A stretch of DNA of 64,000 nt from the NCBI GenBank assembly GCA_965112735.1, contig OZ218957.1, forward strand, positions 3,596,001-3,660,000, written 5' to 3'. The translations under genes and the position numbers were made by a program. Position 1 is the first letter of the stretch. Every line of letters starts with the position of its first letter. Shown piece after piece: positions 60,701-64,000 of this stretch. The notes beneath the pieces were generated by a model. It was not told where the DNA came from, did not search any database, and was given only the letters and a program-made list of their open reading frames with translations. The DNA is from Phaeosaccion multiseriatum (Eukaryota; Protista; Ochrophyta, other classes).

Positions 60701-61790
60701 TCGGCACGGGAGGGTTGAACAATCGCTTCCATGGGCCGGTGGGGTTGAAGCGGTCCCACCATGGTCGCAATGAGTCTGCGCGGCGTCTATGGTGCGCTCG
60801 GCGGGGTTGAACATGGGCCTCTGTGGGGTTGAACAGGCCCATCTGTGGACCCCGGTGGGCAACCTGGGCCTGATTTCGGCACGGGAGGGTTGAACAATCG
60901 CTTCCATGGGCCGGTGGGGTTGAAGCGGTCCCACCATGGTCGCAATGAGTCTACGCGGGGTCTATGGCGCGCTCTGCGGGGTTGAACATGGGCCTCTGTG
61001 GGGTTGAACAGGCCCATCTGTGGACCCCGGTGGGCAATCTGGGCCTGATTTCGGCACGGGAGGGTTGAACAATCGCTTCCATGGGCCGATGGGGTTGAAA
61101 AGGTCCCACCATGGTCGCAATGAGTCTGCGCGGCGTCTATGGCGTGCTCGGCGGGGTTGAACATGGGCCTCTGTGGGGTTGAACAGGCCCATCTGCGGCC
61201 CCCCGTGGGCAATCTGGGCCTGATTTCGACACGGAAGGGTTGAACAATCGCTTCCATGGACCGGTGGGGTTGAAGTGGTCCCACCATGGTCGCAACGAGT
61301 CTACGAGGGGTCTATGGTGCGCTCGGCGGGGTTGAACATGGGCCTCTGTGGGGTTGAACAGGCCCATCTGTGGAGCCGCCCCCGGTGGGCAATCTGGGCC
61401 TGATTTCGGCACGGGAGGGTTGAACAATGCCTTCCATGGGCCGGTGGGGTTGAAGTGGTCCCACCACGGTCGCAATGAGTCTGCGATACGTCTATGGTGC
61501 GCTCGGCGGGGTTGAACATCGGCCTCTGTGGGGTTGAACAGGCCCATCTGCGGCCCCCCGTGGGCAATCTGGGCCTGATTTCGACACGGGAGGGTTGAAC
61601 AACCGCTTCTATGGGCCGGTGGGGATGAATGGGACCCACCACGGCCGCAATGAGTCTGCGCGGCGTCTATGGTGTGCTCGGCGGGGTTGAACATGGGCCT
61701 CTGTGGGGTTGAACAGGCCCATCTGTGGGCTCCCCCGGTGGGCAATCTGGGCCTGATTTCGACACGGAAGGGTTGAACAACCGCTTCTAT
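57706..61790. repeat. ~175-bp satellite, ~23 units, with four GGGTTGAA sub-repeats per unit
   Basis: Period visible directly (e.g. 59563/59738/59913). The first units are degenerate. Confidence 0.96.
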
Positions 61791-63219
61791 GAGAACCACT
61801 TCGTCCGAGGCCTCAGGACTCGAGAACCACTTGAGAACCACTTCGTCCGAGGCCTCAGGACGCGAGAACCAGTGGAGAACCACTTCGTCCGAGGCCTCAG
61901 GACTCGAGAACCACTTGAGAACCACTTCGTCCGAGGCCTCAGGACTCGAGAACCAGTGGAGAACCACTTCGTCCGAGGCCTCAGGACTCGAGAACCAGTT
62001 GAGAACCACTTCGTCCGAGGCCTCAGGACGCGAGAACCAGTGGAGAACCACTTCTCCGCGGCCTCAGGACGCGAGAACCAGTGGAGAACCACTTCGTCCG
62101 AGGCCTCAGGACTCGAGAACCACTTGAGAACCACTTCGTCCGCGGCCTCAGGACGCGAGAACCAGTGGAGAACCACTTCGTCCGAGGCCTCAGGACCCGA
62201 GAACCACTTGAGAACCACTTCGTCCGAGGCCTCAGGACTCGAGAACCACTTGAGAACCACTTCGTCCGAGGCCTCAGGACGCGAGAACCAGTGGAGAACC
62301 ACTTCGTCCGAGGCCTCAGGACTCGAGAACCACTTGAGAACCACTTCGTCCGAGGCCTCAGGACTCGAGAACCAGTGGAGAACCACTTCGTCCGAGGCCT
62401 CAGGACTCGAGAACCAGTGGAGAACCACTTCGTCCGAAGCCTCAGGACTCGAGAACCACTTGAGAACCACTTCGTCCGAGGCCTCAGGACTCGAGAACCA
62501 GTGGAGAACCACTTCGTCCGAGGCCTCAGGACTCGAGAACCAGTGGAGAACCACTTCGTCCGCGGCCTCAGGACTCGAGAACCACTTGAGAACCACTTCG
62601 TCCGAGGCCTCAGGACTCGAGAACCAGTGGAGAACCACTTCGTCCGAGGCCTCAGGACTCGAGAACCAGTTGAAAACCACTTCGGCCGAGGCCTCAGGAC
62701 GCGAGAACCAGTGGAGAACCACTTCTCCGCGGCCTCAGGACTCGAGAACCAGTGGAGAACCACTTCGTCCGAGGCCTCAGGACTCGAGAACCAGTGGAGA
62801 ACCACTTCGTCCGAGGCCTCAGGACTCGAGAACCACTTGAGGACCACTTCGTCCGAGGCCTCAGGACTCGAGAACCAGTGGAGAACCACTTCGTCCGAGG
62901 CCTCAGGACTCGAGAACCACTTGAGAACCACTTCGTCCGAGGCCTCAGGACTCGAGAACCAGTGGAGAACCACTTCGTCCGAGGCCTCAGGACTCGAGAA
63001 CCAGTGGAGAACCACTTCGTCCGAGGCCTCAGGACTCGAGAACCAGTGGAGAACCACTTCGTCCGAAGCCTCAGGACTCGAGAACCACTTGAGAAGCACT
63101 TCGTCCGAGGCCTCAGGACTCGAGAACCAGTGGAGAACCACTTCGTCCGAGGCCTCAGGACGCGAGAACCAGTGGAGAACCACTTCGTCCGAGGCCTCAG
63201 GACTCGAGAACCAGTGGAG
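61791..63219. repeat. 42-bp satellite (gagaaccacttcgtccgaggcctcaggactcgagaaccagtg), ~34 copies
   Basis: Direct inspection. Produces spurious 14-aa repeat ORFs. Confidence 0.97.
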
Positions 63220-64000
63220 TGTAAAACGACGTACGCACGACCGACATGCGCTGTCGCCTACAGATAGGATAGAACTAGACACACGGACAAGGTAACAGCA
63301 ACCCCAAAGCCAGCCTAGCAGCCAGCCTTGCCTCTATTAACTTATCGCATGCTAGTCCTAAACGACCACCTTCGCACATAGGATAGTGAGAGCCACGCCA
63401 CCCGTTCTCACTGTATCTGCCTGGGCCTGGGCCATTGACTTATGGCCCATCTCATCTGAGGCCTTCCAACATCCCCAATGCCTATCCCGGGGCCTTCCAA
63501 CATCCCCAATAGCTATCCGCCACTTCCAACATCCCCTTGACAAGACTGTTGCGTGTCCCCACGCAACACAAGCGGATTCGCCTACTGAAGCTCGACTGTC
63601 GCACAAGCCTCCATGCTGCTTCCAAAAAAAGAAAACGGATGAGCATTATGCAACACTCACCCAGATGTGTGCGACCGCTCCTCCCACACACACCCCCTGT
63701 ATTGATGAGAAAATCCCACGACTCAAACTCACCCACACAGGCTCACGGATGAGAAGATCCCACGACTCAAACTCACCCGCGCCATATCTTTCTCCACTCC
63801 TACTCGCCACCAGCGTTGCCAAAGCCTCGTTGCGCACCACTAATGCTGACTGCTAAAGTGTTTACTGGTGTGCCTACAAGGCACCCAGACAGTCCCTAAA
63901 GCAGCCTTGCGAGTATCCTTCTCTGTCTCCCACCAAGCTCCGTGCAACAACAACATCCGTGCTGCTGCCGCACTCGAAAGCCGTGCCCGCTGTAAGACAC

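Noticed and set aside
57706-61790. Hammerhead-ribozyme satellite
   Set aside because: CGAAA is present on the minus strand, but no CTGATGA/CTGANGA core in a suitable arrangement was found.
57607-63295. Long repetitive ORFs in the satellites
   Set aside because: By-products of tandem repeats. They are open in several frames and on both strands, and broken by single-base indels.
63220-64000. Transposon terminus after the 42-bp satellite
   Set aside because: Only short local repeats (ccttccaacatcccc x3; atcccacgactcaaactcaccc x2) and no diagnostic TIR, LTR or ORF within the window.

Overview
Eukaryotic, GC-rich, intron-dense genomic DNA, most likely from a photosynthetic stramenopile (ochrophyte). 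Several genes carry the bipartite signal-peptide plus 'A-F' plastid targeting motif (ASA-F, ADA-F, TTA-F). The window has three zones. (1) 1-5.6 kb: the 3' part of a spliced GIY-YIG-like/zinc-finger gene, whose intron holds an array of a constant ~107-bp unit alternating with different cassettes, followed by a 3'-truncated plastid cysteine synthase. (2) 5.8-44.8 kb: compact housekeeping genes, namely kinesin-14, phosducin-like, GBA2/GH116, a degenerate TrpC-like plastid protein, a Cys-rich protein, an MSS51-like protein and a fused pseudouridine glycosidase/kinase. This zone ends with two inverted copies of a FAS1 gene flanking an intronless ORF that resembles the animal NRF1/EWG DNA-binding domain. 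(3) 45-64 kb: a rearranged gene graveyard with a segmental duplication, a chimeric Myb gene, a MITE and four fold-back palindromes (three of the same polarity), running into a 175-bp satellite and a 42-bp satellite. Exon structures were inferred by eye from splice signals and phase consistency. No database searches were run, so family assignments rest on recognised motifs.
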